Below the pieces are notes generated by a model. The model was given only the letters and a program-made list of their open reading frames with translations. It was not told the DNA's origin and did not search any database. Positions 10,977 to 21,730 of a stretch of DNA of 64,000 nt are shown piece by piece. The first letter of the stretch is position 1. Each line of letters begins with the position of its first letter. Source of the DNA: a virus; the IMG/VR virus record IMGVR_UViG_3300045988_052681. The stretch is one strand, 5' to 3'. A program made the position numbers and the translations under genes.

Positions 10977-11968
10977 TCAAAACTAGTCAATAATTGCTTA
11001 CAGCTAATCTTCAGCTAGACTCCAATCTTGACTTAAAACGGCATCAGGAAACCACTTAGTAACAACGTAGTACTGGTTAGAACCAGATATAGGAAGACAG
11101 ATGATATTGCCTTCCTTCATTCTGTAACGTCTCTTACTTAAGTTGATAACTGTCATACCTGCTCTCATCATAGATAGAGCTTCTCCAAAGTCAAATGTCT
11201 CGTTCATAATCTTATAAATTAAAATTAAACAATCTTGTAGGATGATTCAACATATTCGTAAAGCTCATCCAATGTGCTTATAATTTCTTTACCCTCTTCG
11301 TCATAGGCTTTTATATCTGGGTCTCCGGCTTTCTCGTAAACCCACCACATAATCCAGTCTATGCCTTCGTCAGTATAGTTCTCTTTAAATATAGCCATGG
11401 CTATACATTCAGCATTACTGACTATATCACTGTCAGCAATATCAATTCCCATTTCAGACAATTTGAAACATCTGGAGTTGATAGCTTCCAATGAATTTAC
11501 TACTTCTATAAAGTTCCCTTTTACCATATTACACCTTTTAATTGTTCTTGAATTTCATTAATAGTCTCACTGTCATAACCTCTAAGAAGGTCTCTATAGA
11601 AATCAAATACAGTTTCATATAGCTGACTTTTATCCTCCTCTGATAGAGTGTTCCCTACCAGAGAAGTCAATAAGTCTGCCACCTTAGCGCTTATAGATAT
11701 TGAAGTTTTGTTAATCACAGATACATCAATGCGTTAGATAGTATTTTAATTAACTCTGCATCAGAGAAATCATCTACATTTAATAGTGTTTCTCTAATAA
11801 CAAAGACATCATCATCTGGTTGATAATGCTTCCGCATAATATCAATCACATCATCTTCATTCCTAATTAATGTACTTCTTTTATATGCAACGTCTGATTC
11901 GTCGCGATATTTAAAGAACTCCATTTTAGGTTCGCCTTGCTGCCTATATACTACAATGTAATTCATAC

Positions 11969-13177
11969 TTATTCATAGTCTCGGATGCACTTAAGTACTG
12001 GTTGTAATGGTCTGCCATCGTCAGAGTAGTAGAAATACTTAACAGTAGCCATTTTACCGATAAGTTCATCCATTCTGTCTAGATATTCATACTTAAGTTC
12101 TCTAGGTCCCATAGGCTTGGCTTCAAATTCCTTACCAGCCTGAGTCTTACATATGAACACCATATCTTCAGGACGTAATCCGTCACTATAGCCAACAATC
12201 TCGAACTCGTCGTCTTGATACATTTTGACTTTAATCATGGCATTAGTACGTCCTCCATAGTTATATGGTTTGTCCGGGTCTCTAATAACTATACCTTCAA
12301 ACCCTTCGCTGACATATTTATCATGAAGCTTCTGAATGTTAGTCCACCCTACTACTTCCTCTTCTGGAACTATTCTAACCTTCAGGTCATCTTCATTCCA
12401 ATTAGCATTAGGGTCAAAATCCACAATTCCAAGTATAGGAGCTATTTCGTCAGATATATAATTCCACCTTTCCTGTGCTGTCATATTAGCATCCATGGTA
12501 TCATAGATGTAATATTCCAATTCATTGCAGCGGGATTCTCCAGATTCTAATCTTGCTGTACCACTTATATACTGCAAGCTTCGACCGTGAATGTAAAGTT
12601 CACCATCGAGAACCAAATCTGGCATCTTATTAAATAACTCTATCATCTTGGGATGTGTTCTTAGGTGTACTGTAGAAGCGTCATAATCACCACCTCCCCG
12701 ACTAGCAGATACTATCTCTCCGTCCTTTAGATAGAAAGAACATCTGACACCGTCTATCTTACGAGAACCTAGCCAGTACTTGATTTTATCAAATACCTTA
12801 GTAGCTACCTCCTCGTACTTCTTGGCTTTCATATGCTTCTTAAATCCATTTGAATCAGTAACACCCTCACCTAGGTGTTCTTCAACAAATGCTGCAACTG
12901 CCTTCGCATCCTCTATGTTAACAGAGGATGGAAGTAGCTTATAACCCTTATCTGTATACTTCTTTAGATGAGAATTGTACTCTAACTTAGCCTGTTCTGC
13001 AACAGTCCTTTTGGCTTTGCCTTGGAATATCCATATCTCTGGCTGCACAGTTACTTTGCCACCATACTGATAAGTCTTTCTTCTTATAACAAAGCCATGT
13101 TGGGCATCATCCCATTCGCAACTAATCTCGACTACTCTAGTTTTACCCTTGTTGTCTTTAGTTACTAATTTATCCAT
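11969..13177 (-). CDS. ATP-dependent DNA ligase
   Basis: Motif I KIDGVR (KxDGxR), motif III LVLDGELY, motif IV EGIVIRD, motif V IKVKMY. Confidence 0.75.
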   Translation of the reverse strand: MDKLVTKDNKGKTRVVEISCEWDDAQHGFVIRRKTYQYGGKVTVQPEIWIFQGKAKRTVAEQAKLEYNSHLKKYTDKGYKLLPSSVNIEDAKAVAAFVEEHLGEGVTDSNGFKKHMKAKKYEEVATKVFDKIKYWLGSRKIDGVRCSFYLKDGEIVSASRGGGDYDASTVHLRTHPKMIELFNKMPDLVLDGELYIHGRSLQYISGTARLESGESRCNELEYYIYDTMDANMTAQERWNYISDEIAPILGIVDFDPNANWNEDDLKVRIVPEEEVVGWTNIQKLHDKYVSEGFEGIVIRDPDKPYNYGGRTNAMIKVKMYQDDEFEIVGYSDGLRPEDMVFICKTQAGKEFEAKPMGPRELKYEYLDRMDELIGKMATVKYFYYSDDGRPLQPVLKCIRDYE

Positions 13178-13339
13178 TTAAGATTTCAAAAGCCCTCATT
13201 GCACCTTCGATATAATCTGCGGCAATTGCTTCCACTGCATCGTCATGTTCATCTGCATCACACACGCAAGATTTAGCATACTGTTCAGCGTCTTTCTCAA
13301 TGGTTTCTACAAATTCTTCGTAATTCATAATTTGTTGTT

Positions 13340-13561
13340 TTATACGTCAGTGTCTAAATCATCTACAGTTAAAGGCTTATTACACTCTTGAATAAGGTTT
13401 CTAGCCAATTCATCCTGTTTAGCTTTCAATTCCTTAATCTTCTCCATAGTCTCACTCATCGCCTTCGCATGATTAGCATAGGCATTATTAAGTGTCTGGA
13501 TTTCCAATCCTATGTCGGATATGGCTTTACTCTTCTCGATTACTTCTACTGTACTTATCAT
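13340..13561 (-). CDS. hypothetical coiled-coil protein
   Basis: 73-aa ORF, heptad-like charged pattern. Confidence 0.35.
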   Translation of the reverse strand: MISTVEVIEKSKAISDIGLEIQTLNNAYANHAKAMSETMEKIKELKAKQDELARNLIQECNKPLTVDDLDTDV

Positions 13562-13743
13562 TTCTCACCGGTATGCCCAAATCCACCTTTACGCTCTGTT
13601 TCATCTAATCTAGCAACTTCTTCCCATTCTGCCACACAAGCCCATCCAAATACTAATTGGGCAATACGTTCTCCATCTTCAATGTACACTGCTTCGTGTC
13701 CTTGGTTAATGACTATTATACCAATTTCGTTTCTGTAGTCCAA
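13558..13743 (-). CDS. dut: dUTPase, C-terminal segment (rest of motif III, motifs IV-V)
   Basis: Begins DYRNEIGIIVIN (completes GxIDxDYRG); ends RKGGFGHTG (motif V); ORF track initiates at a TTG codon. Confidence 0.75.
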   Translation of the reverse strand: MDYRNEIGIIVINQGHEAVYIEDGERIAQLVFGWACVAEWEEVARLDETERKGGFGHTGEK

Positions 13744-14621
13744 ATTTGTTATCGTTAGGCTTTTTATCCTAACTTCTTATACTTCTAATTTAATATAAGT
13801 TCCGCGTACCTATTCACTATCACAGGTCGGGCACTCTTGGAAGGATTATATTTATTCACCTTCTACGCTGTACGATGGTTCAGAGCCTTTCGTAATCTCT
13901 GAACTTATCTCGGGATTAGCATCACAGCCTTCCCCGATATTGCCCGATTTAACGACGCCGACACATTTAGAATGATTGTGGTGTATAGTATGTTCTGACC
14001 TAGTAAGAATCTCAAGGTTCTCTATTCTATTATCCTTCTTATCCTCGTTTATATGATGTACATCATATTCAGGCTTAAGTACCTTCCACCCATCGATGAA
14101 CTCGAAATAAGCTTCGTCAAATCTATCAGAATTTCTTTCAACGACAAGTCTGTGTTGCAGAACTCTAGTAGTTTGATTACTTCTGTCATGAGGATATGGA
14201 TGTCCTGGACAATATTCTAATAAATAGCCGTAACTAGTCACTAACTCAGAATTTTTAAAGGAAGCATTTTTATCACCAACTAACCCATATTGGTGGTTAC
14301 CATCTTCCTTCATATATTCTGACTTTAGCTTATATGAACATTCTAAACTACACGTTATTCCATTCTTAACTCTCTTTAATCTACTTGGCTTGAGATACAT
14401 CTCCCTGCCACAAATTACACATTTACAATTTGGGGTTTTGTTGAACTTCTGCCACTCTTCGTAACATTTATAGGAACAGAAGGTTTTGGGAAATTTCTTA
14501 GTATCTACTGGATAATTCTCTTTACCACAAACTATACATTTACACATAATTAATACTTATTATTGTTAATATACAAAGGTAATGAATTTCCTGGAACAGA
14601 CCAAATCTCCAGGTACAATTA
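13744..14621 (-). mobile_element. intervening sequence in dut carrying HNH endonuclease (probable self-splicing intron; boundaries approximate)
   Basis: A single conserved dUTPase motif is split across two ORFs by ~880 nt that encodes an HNH HEG; inverted repeat GGTACAATT/AATTGTACC pairs exon 1 with the downstream sequence (P1-like). No canonical group I core seen. Confidence 0.45.
13852..14547 (-). CDS. HNH homing endonuclease inserted within dut
   Basis: N-terminal CxxC zinc pairs; C-terminal HHINEDKKDNRIENLEILTRSEHTIHHNH HNH motif. Confidence 0.8.
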   Translation of the reverse strand: MCKCIVCGKENYPVDTKKFPKTFCSYKCYEEWQKFNKTPNCKCVICGREMYLKPSRLKRVKNGITCSLECSYKLKSEYMKEDGNHQYGLVGDKNASFKNSELVTSYGYLLEYCPGHPYPHDRSNQTTRVLQHRLVVERNSDRFDEAYFEFIDGWKVLKPEYDVHHINEDKKDNRIENLEILTRSEHTIHHNHSKCVGVVKSGNIGEGCDANPEISSEITKGSEPSYSVEGE

Positions 14622-14981
14622 TTAATTATTAAATTCAGCGTCGATTGTACCTGGAGTGTTAAGTATAGTAATTCCCTTCTTTAAAGCTAAGCCACTCCTA
14701 GGTCTTACTTGGCACTCATAAATAAACTCACAGTCTTGGTCAGTAACTGGAAGAGCAATCTTTAATCCAGTCGGAATAAGTGCCCTAGCACCTGGGTCAA
14801 GACGAAGCATTGTAACCTTGTTAATATCGGATTTAAAAAGAATTTCACAATCCCCGAATGCTTTAATAGGATTATCAACTGTTACTCTACTGAAGTCTGC
14901 ACGTATATCCATACCTGCTGACGTAGGAGTTTCATACTGGGGAAGTTTGTTATTCGATAGATTAATTACTTGAACTTTCAT
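14622..14981 (-). CDS. dut: dUTPase, N-terminal segment (motifs I-III), interrupted
   Basis: AGMDIRA (motif I), [12 protein letters not shown] (motif II), GTIDAEF (start of motif III GxIDxDYRG), then stop. Confidence 0.75.
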   Translation of the reverse strand: MKVQVINLSNNKLPQYETPTSAGMDIRADFSRVTVDNPIKAFGDCEILFKSDINKVTMLRLDPGARALIPTGLKIALPVTDQDCEFIYECQVRPRSGLALKKGITILNTPGTIDAEFNN

Positions 14982-15486
14982 TGAACGTAAATGAATAAAT
15001 TGAGTTTATAGTTGTGAATCTTTTATTCTCCCAGTCAATCTCAATTACATTAGATGTCTTGAACCATCTATCATTCGAATTAAGTTCTAAAGGAGCACCT
15101 TCTATAAATGCTTTAGTATATCCAGACTCCTTATGACCTTCTTCAATTCTAACGTTATTGGTTCCCAACACTTTGGTGATAGTCATAAAGCCCTTCTTAC
15201 CATTGGTAGCAAAGTAGTCTTGCAGCCAAGTATGTACATGATTTGCATTACATTCACCAGCTTCTGTATAGAAAGCTTTGATTAATGTATCGTTATCATC
15301 ATATACAGCCAAGAAAGGATTCTCTCTAGCACTACAGCTCCCTTTAATCTTGAAAGCCTTCTTGCGTTCCTTATAATGATTCACGTCATAAGTTTCAAAA
15401 TTAAATACGTAACCGTTCATTGTTGATAGCGTGTCCTTAAATGCATCAGGACGTTGGCTATCATAAACATACTTAAATGTTAGCAT
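14962..15486 (-). CDS. hypothetical protein
   Basis: 174-aa ORF. Confidence 0.4.
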   Translation of the reverse strand: MLTFKYVYDSQRPDAFKDTLSTMNGYVFNFETYDVNHYKERKKAFKIKGSCSARENPFLAVYDDNDTLIKAFYTEAGECNANHVHTWLQDYFATNGKKGFMTITKVLGTNNVRIEEGHKESGYTKAFIEGAPLELNSNDRWFKTSNVIEIDWENKRFTTINSIYSFTFNESSSN

Positions 15487-15878
15487 TCAACAATATAGTA
15501 TTTAGGAAATAATATTCCATCTAGTTCCAGCTCTACTTCTTGAACAACATCAAATACATCAAATATGTCATTATAGTAAGCTGCTGCCATTTCCTCATCA
15601 GTGATTCTAGTAATGGCATTATCTATCGACTGGTCAGCTAATTTGCTAGCTAACATTCTACGATAGTTATCAACGATTCTACATGCCTCGTGTTCAGTTA
15701 ATATGTAGAATATCTTACCATTTATATGATATTCATATATTCCTGGCCATATGCTCTCTTCCTCTGTACAAAGAGTGTATACTTCTGGCATGTCTAGTTT
15801 ATAAGCTACCATGTATAATCGTTCTGGATGTTCAAATCCTCTACATAGAGCTTCGTTTACAAAATCTGAGTAATTCAT
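15480..15878 (-). CDS. hypothetical protein
   Basis: 132-aa ORF. Confidence 0.4.
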   Translation of the reverse strand: MNYSDFVNEALCRGFEHPERLYMVAYKLDMPEVYTLCTEEESIWPGIYEYHINGKIFYILTEHEACRIVDNYRRMLASKLADQSIDNAITRITDEEMAAAYYNDIFDVFDVVQEVELELDGILFPKYYIVEC

Positions 15879-15883
15879 AGGTA

Positions 15884-17248
15884 TTAAGTCAATACATAAG
15901 CATCTGTTTTAGTTCTTGATAAAGATACATATTGAAGCTGTCGTAGTTCTAATAAGTCTCTATCCAACTTAAGATTACCGGTATCTACAAACACATTATT
16001 GTAAGAGCTGCCTTGACTCCTATGTGCTGTTATAGCGTATCCATAATCAAAAGTTTGTGGCTTAATTACTCTATTATCAAATAACAGTGGTACTGGGGTT
16101 GCAAAGGACTTAGTCATGTCAAAATACTTACCCCATAAATATCCAGATTTAGTTCTATTACCCCACCTTTTCGCCTGTATAGCATCTAGCCTTATAGACT
16201 CAATCTGTTGTGCCAAAGTTTGCAGGTAGTCTGGATTTATGTCTGTTGGGTCTATTATGAATACGTCTAATAGCCGTCTATCAACGCTATCATATAATCC
16301 CAATTCGAACCCTGGAAGTCTAGTAAAATGAGGTACATTCCTAGTGGTTCTTCTAATGCTTGTAATTATATAGTCTGAAGAGTTAAAGAACATTTCTCCA
16401 TTATATTCAAAGTTCTCACAGCCAGTTAGAAACTCGAATTTATGATAAGGTTCATTGTCATTGTATAGTATTCTGCGTATACAATCATTGAATCCTTTAA
16501 CTCGCTTATTAGTATAAGCTATCAGCTTAGTATAATTTACATCATTATGCTTTATTCCATGATTAATCTTATTAGCTGCATCAACCATAAACTGCTTAGT
16601 GTCATTATAACAAATGAGAGAACCCTTCTCTCCCATTCGAGTTTCGAATTTAGATATAGGATTCTCTCTTAATGTTAATAATATTGGTGCTAATGCTGTA
16701 TTCTCGTCTTGCCTAAATATCTTGGTTAGACGGACAACATTTTCATGACTAAACACTTTACTAAGACCTCCGTTCTTAACTGGGGCAATCTGTGCAACAT
16801 CCCCTATAAATAAGATTTTGCACTGATGTGTTTCACAATAGTCTACAAGTAAATCATAAAGTTCATCACTAACCATAGATGCCTCATCAATGATTATTAG
16901 TCCTTTGTTTGGAATGTCTCCCATACCATCGGAATAGAACTTCAAGTCTTTATAGTCTAAATTAAATATATCCAGTTTAGGGGAAAGTGCTAGCAGTTTA
17001 TGTAATGTAGTAGCTCTATAGCCAGTAGCCATTTCAAGTACTGCTTTGGCTTTATGAGTAGGAGCACACAACTTAAAGAATCTACAACCTCTAGTACTAT
17101 CTAGATATTGTACAAATTCATTCATAACAGCTGTCTTACCTACTCCTGCATAGCCAGTAAGAACTAATATCCTATCTGGACTATCTAAAAACCTAATCAT
17201 TCTATCTATAGCATATAGCTGTTCGTCTGACCAAGCTATTGTACTCAT
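15884..17248 (-). CDS. Dda/RecD-like SF1 DNA helicase
   Basis: Walker A LTGYAGVGKT; IIIDEASMV Walker B; YAITAHRSQGSSY and C-terminal SLSRTKTDAYV motifs of the Dda/RecD family; 454 aa. Confidence 0.7.
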   Translation of the reverse strand: MSTIAWSDEQLYAIDRMIRFLDSPDRILVLTGYAGVGKTAVMNEFVQYLDSTRGCRFFKLCAPTHKAKAVLEMATGYRATTLHKLLALSPKLDIFNLDYKDLKFYSDGMGDIPNKGLIIIDEASMVSDELYDLLVDYCETHQCKILFIGDVAQIAPVKNGGLSKVFSHENVVRLTKIFRQDENTALAPILLTLRENPISKFETRMGEKGSLICYNDTKQFMVDAANKINHGIKHNDVNYTKLIAYTNKRVKGFNDCIRRILYNDNEPYHKFEFLTGCENFEYNGEMFFNSSDYIITSIRRTTRNVPHFTRLPGFELGLYDSVDRRLLDVFIIDPTDINPDYLQTLAQQIESIRLDAIQAKRWGNRTKSGYLWGKYFDMTKSFATPVPLLFDNRVIKPQTFDYGYAITAHRSQGSSYNNVFVDTGNLKLDRDLLELRQLQYVSLSRTKTDAYVLT

Positions 17249-17826
17249 AGTTCTCTATTCCAAAATCTAAAGGTAATATCCTTTAATTTAGGACCGTCAT
17301 CAGTCATTATCGTTTTATATAATCTCTGATTGGTATTTGGATTATCAAGTGGTCCACATTCCTCTATGTAAGGTCCTAACTTGATGTAATCGAAATTGTA
17401 CAAATCAATTTCATCTGCCAATGTAGCTCTACCACTATACCACCCAATCTTTATATCAAGTGGTACTGTTTGCTGCCATTCCATTTCTGTTTCGGCAGGA
17501 ATGGATACTTTGGGAAACCTAATTTCCTTATGAATAGTAAACTTATCAGCCGTTTTAGTGGTAGTTAACGTCCTTACTAATCCAGCATAGTGATTAATGA
17601 GCTTAGGGTCGTTATCGCCACCCATAAAGCAAATGGCAGTAATTCCCTTATTCTCATTAATAAGCTTCTCTATTCTAGTAATAGTCAGGACTTCCCCAAC
17701 GTCTCCTGCCAAGTAAGAGCTATGACAGCCGTTGCAGTGACATGGACAATTAGATATGTTTATGGCTAGTGTAGTCTCGTCAGGAATTTCCCTGAAGACT
17801 ATATCGAAACCTACATATTTAAGCAT
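17245..17826 (-). CDS. nrdG: anaerobic ribonucleotide reductase activating protein NrdG (radical SAM)
   Basis: CPCHCNGC = CxxxCxxC radical-SAM cluster motif near the N-terminus; immediately downstream of nrdD. Confidence 0.7.
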   Translation of the reverse strand: MLKYVGFDIVFREIPDETTLAINISNCPCHCNGCHSSYLAGDVGEVLTITRIEKLINENKGITAICFMGGDNDPKLINHYAGLVRTLTTTKTADKFTIHKEIRFPKVSIPAETEMEWQQTVPLDIKIGWYSGRATLADEIDLYNFDYIKLGPYIEECGPLDNPNTNQRLYKTIMTDDGPKLKDITFRFWNREL

Positions 17827-18097
17827 GAGTATAAAATCTTCTACTAGCTTCCTCTTGCCTTGCTTGGCTAAAGTTACTAATACGTTTCAAATAACCAATA
17901 ACTCTAGTAGCATAATCAACGTTCTTACTCCCACATTTTGGACATTCCTTAAGATACCTTTTATCAATATGTCCACAATCATTACAAATAGTATTTGGAA
18001 TATTAAATGTGAAATAATTAGTACCATTGACTGCTGCCACTCTCAACAAGTTACGATACTGTTCCTTACTAAGATGTTCATCGAGATTCATATGCAA
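17819..18097 (-). CDS. nrdD: anaerobic RNR NrdD, exon 2 (zinc ribbon + glycyl radical motif)
   Basis: CNDCGH...CPKCGS zinc ribbon followed by RVIGYL glycyl-radical motif, which is the C-terminus of class III RNR. Confidence 0.75.
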   Translation of the reverse strand: MHMNLDEHLSKEQYRNLLRVAAVNGTNYFTFNIPNTICNDCGHIDKRYLKECPKCGSKNVDYATRVIGYLKRISNFSQARQEEASRRFYTHA

Positions 18098-19158
18098 AGC
18101 TGAACCCGTGTTTCTCTAATGTTTCCATTAGCACTGACTATATCTTAACGGAATAACTTCCGCAATATCCATTTCAAACAGCGTACCAATAGCCGTCTTA
18201 CTCCTCCGATTCGAGGATAGTCGATACAGGATTATAATTATTGATGTCAACCTCGTTACCATTTAATAACCAGATTCTTTTGATTTTACTATAGATTGGA
18301 AGATGCTTATATGAGTTTGCTATCAGACTTCTAAAGCTGTCTTTGGATTTGCTTCTACTACCGTACTTCTCATAAGTTTCTGATAGAGTGTGGTTAACGT
18401 AATACTTACGTATCTCTAATACTTCTTCATCAGAATATATAGCATTACCATTCAAACTTCCAGGATTACTCTTTTGAGTACTATGATGCAATTTATTAGA
18501 TTCTGTGTAGATTTCCGGCATTATAGACTGCCACGTAACACCTTCCCAAATCTTTTGAAATGCCGAGTAGGAAATTCTATCTTCAAACAATTTCCAACAT
18601 TCCCTACATCTAAGCTCCCCATAAGAATAAATTTCTCTTATCTGAACTACATCTGACACCTTAAGTCTGGTTCTAGGGTTAGCATCTAGCTGATTGGATT
18701 CTCCACCTGCTGTAATATTATATCCCTTGTCTGGATTTTGAGAATCATACAGTTGTATATAATATCTCTCTAACCTTCCCAGTTCCTTAAAGTCTTCGGT
18801 ATTGTCAATTTCTTCTATAGTAAAATTCTCAAGACCGTATTTACGCATAGATTTATACAAATGCCTATTACAAGTCTTGCTATCTTGTTTGTGTTTACAC
18901 CATCTATTGCATAATGTGGTGGTAGTCAGACCCACATATACTTTACCATTAACAGTGTTAGTAATTTTATAGATTATCATAATTAGTGATTTTCTACAAA
19001 CTTACTAATTTAAATGGAGATGAGCAACACATACACCATAATTAATTTCCCACGGGATTACCATACATTTAGTTATCACAACTCAAGCTTCAGGCTTCCC
19101 CGTTAGCATAGTATTAATACCATACCCGTCTGGTTAGACGTAAAGATATAACAGGCGA
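18098..19158 (-). mobile_element. group I intron in nrdD carrying a GIY-YIG homing endonuclease gene
   Basis: Minus-strand P7 strands GACUA (18218-18222) and UAGUC within the conserved S element AAGATATAGTC (18136-18146); the HEG ORF end overlaps the core; the intron splits an otherwise contiguous NrdD. Confidence 0.75.
18198..18980 (-). CDS. GIY-YIG homing endonuclease (I-TevI-like)
   Basis: N-terminal IYKITNTVNGKVYVGLTT...R...H...YGLENF = GIY-YIG module; DNA-binding-like C-terminal domain. Confidence 0.85.
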   Translation of the reverse strand: MIIYKITNTVNGKVYVGLTTTTLCNRWCKHKQDSKTCNRHLYKSMRKYGLENFTIEEIDNTEDFKELGRLERYYIQLYDSQNPDKGYNITAGGESNQLDANPRTRLKVSDVVQIREIYSYGELRCRECWKLFEDRISYSAFQKIWEGVTWQSIMPEIYTESNKLHHSTQKSNPGSLNGNAIYSDEEVLEIRKYYVNHTLSETYEKYGSRSKSKDSFRSLIANSYKHLPIYSKIKRIWLLNGNEVDINNYNPVSTILESEE

Positions 19159-20943
19159 TTATTCACCATCAAGATACTTGATATAATCTTTGCCATGCAG
19201 TTTAAATTTATCAAGTATTGTCAAAGAAGTATCTTCTACAGCATAGAAATAACTATTATAGCAATCTCTAGGAACTACATAACCCGCTTTCCTGTCCCAA
19301 TTAGCATGTTTAACTCCCAGGTTCTCCGCTGGCACAAACTCACAGTTAAACATCAATTCTTTGGTCTTAGCCTTACGATTCTCATCACTGATAGTCTTAA
19401 GAATAGATTGCATAAACTCTCTATAAGTTGGATTATCATTAACTGGGATTCCTAAGAACTCCGCAGCCTCAATAACTCCATTAACACCTATAGTCAAATA
19501 CTGCTTCTTCATATCAATGAATCCAGCTGTATATACAGTAAGCAACCCGTCTTTTAAATAGTCTTTAAGCAATTCATTATATGCTGTTTGGAACTTATGA
19601 ACTTTCTTCACATTCTCACGCAAATACTCAATCATATCATACCCATTATTAACTGCATCCTGAACTAGCCTATTGATATTTAAGGTCATTACTGACTTAC
19701 TACCAGTAGCAATACCACCAGCTCCAAGAGAATAACTGAATTGATTATCAGTAACCTCATTACGAAGTCTGCAACAGGAAGATAAGGAATCAGGACTATC
19801 GGACATATAAGTAAAGAACGAGTGTCCTTTGCTATACATCTCTGCTGTAAAGTCTGCATACTCTTCATCAACAACATCCTCTCCGTTAGTTAGAAGCGCC
19901 ATGGTCTCAACAGGGAATGTAAGAATACACTTAGTACGTTCCTCATTAAACCATTTAGCAAATTTCTTCTGCAACCAACTAAGAGATTCCCATTGAGGTT
20001 GTGTACCGTCTGGGAAATAGAACTCTCCAAAGATACCTTCAAAGTAGTTCTTATCAAAATAACTGATATTCCAGAATACTGATTGGAAGTTACGAGCAGC
20101 TGCTGGCTGATTGATTGAATATACAATCTGCTGGAACTTCTGCTCTAACGTCTTGTCAATATTTCTGTGTTTGTCAACCATTTCCTCTGGACGTTTCCAG
20201 TAATCATCACCCCACTCTTTACGAGCAAAGTAATCAAAGTACATTAGAAACTCTCCAGTTGCTACTGCACCTGCAAATTGAGAACTAATCGCAAATACCA
20301 GATTAACGAACATGCCACAGAAAGAATCCAGGTTCTTGGGTCTGGCAGACAAACCTCCAATTGGCTGTAACCCCTCCAATAGAAAGGGATACATAGTGAT
20401 AGCCACGCAGTAGGGCATAATCGATGTTTCATCATGCTTATAAAGTAAATGTTGTTCCAGCATACGGATATATTCCTTAGCTAACTCCTCTCCATATAAC
20501 TCTCTGATTTTATCAGTAAGAATTGCACGATTTACCTTAATAACATCACCTTTGAACAATTCTCCATTTAAGGTTACAATGTTCTTCTCGGTAACATTAG
20601 CATTAGCATCGTATTTACTACCAGTTGCGGCATTCTTGGCTTTAGCATAGTCTTTAATGAATTGTTTCTTTTCATTTAAAGCCCTGCTCTCTGCCCTTTT
20701 ACGCCTGTACAAGATGAATGCCTTAGCAACATCATAATAATCACATGCCATAAGAGCTTTCTCTAACTGGTCTTGAAGCTCCTCAACTGAAACTATGTTG
20801 TTAATATACAACTCATCTTTAATATCCTGAAGAATATCAGAATCAATTGGCTCGTTAACAGCGTTAAATGCCTTAGTAATTGCGGCATCAATCTTATTAA
20901 CGTCGAAAGGTTCTACTTTTTTGTCTCTCTTAATTACTAACAT
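19159..20943 (-). CDS. nrdD: anaerobic ribonucleoside-triphosphate reductase NrdD, exon 1 (ends in intron-encoded stop)
   Basis: N-terminal ATP cone (VIKRDKKVEPFDVNKI); 594 aa class III RNR body lacking the C-terminal Gly-radical domain, which is found in exon 2. Confidence 0.85.
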   Translation of the reverse strand: MLVIKRDKKVEPFDVNKIDAAITKAFNAVNEPIDSDILQDIKDELYINNIVSVEELQDQLEKALMACDYYDVAKAFILYRRKRAESRALNEKKQFIKDYAKAKNAATGSKYDANANVTEKNIVTLNGELFKGDVIKVNRAILTDKIRELYGEELAKEYIRMLEQHLLYKHDETSIMPYCVAITMYPFLLEGLQPIGGLSARPKNLDSFCGMFVNLVFAISSQFAGAVATGEFLMYFDYFARKEWGDDYWKRPEEMVDKHRNIDKTLEQKFQQIVYSINQPAAARNFQSVFWNISYFDKNYFEGIFGEFYFPDGTQPQWESLSWLQKKFAKWFNEERTKCILTFPVETMALLTNGEDVVDEEYADFTAEMYSKGHSFFTYMSDSPDSLSSCCRLRNEVTDNQFSYSLGAGGIATGSKSVMTLNINRLVQDAVNNGYDMIEYLRENVKKVHKFQTAYNELLKDYLKDGLLTVYTAGFIDMKKQYLTIGVNGVIEAAEFLGIPVNDNPTYREFMQSILKTISDENRKAKTKELMFNCEFVPAENLGVKHANWDRKAGYVVPRDCYNSYFYAVEDTSLTILDKFKLHGKDYIKYLDGE

Positions 20944-20946
20944 TAA

Positions 20947-21726
20947 TTAGAAGTTTAATATGTTTCTTAGTAATAGAGTCTTCTCTGCTCTATTCATCAA
21001 ATCTTTACCCTTGTCATTACTAATTAGCTGCGTAAATGCATTGTACACAGTAAACATATCCACCTCATTACCCACTCCAATATAATATGAAGAATCTGGG
21101 TCCTCAAACATAGAACTATACGCCTTAGTAACAAGGTCTGTTCCTATCTTGACATCTCCATAACCTACATTATAAACCATATGCATAGCATTTCTTTGCC
21201 ATTTGCCTAAGTTTAAACTTACTAAATCGTCTTCAGCTTTCCATGTAGTATTATGAAGATTCTCCAACATCAGCTTTATATCAGAAGTCTGACTTAATAA
21301 ATACTCTACAGCTTTATAATTCAAGGCTTCTTCTGGATTAACTGGCTGCATTTGAAGAAATTCTGGGTCAAATACACAGAGATTTGTACATGCTCTGTTA
21401 AGTGCCCCTCTATAAATCTTGGCTACTGGCTTACGAACATCTAGTCCGTAGACCATGCCAATAACTTCATCATGATTGTCAAAGCTGCAACTCTCTGGCA
21501 TTACAGCTTGAATCAATACACGATTATATGTAATATCATCTGCATTAACATCTCCATCGACTGTCCTAGTGACCTGTTTAGGCAATTCTACTTCAACTAT
21601 AAAGTCTTTAGTAAACTTGGACATTCTTTCAATAAAAGGCTCTACATAGGCAGCAGTTGGTAAATATGCTCTCTTACCTATTCTAGTAGCCTTACCATTC
21701 ATGAGTTGGTCAATACTTATTTGCAT
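20947..21726 (-). CDS. hypothetical protein
   Basis: 259-aa ORF adjacent to nrdD. Confidence 0.4.
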   Translation of the reverse strand: MQISIDQLMNGKATRIGKRAYLPTAAYVEPFIERMSKFTKDFIVEVELPKQVTRTVDGDVNADDITYNRVLIQAVMPESCSFDNHDEVIGMVYGLDVRKPVAKIYRGALNRACTNLCVFDPEFLQMQPVNPEEALNYKAVEYLLSQTSDIKLMLENLHNTTWKAEDDLVSLNLGKWQRNAMHMVYNVGYGDVKIGTDLVTKAYSSMFEDPDSSYYIGVGNEVDMFTVYNAFTQLISNDKGKDLMNRAEKTLLLRNILNF

Positions 21727-21730
21727 TTAA

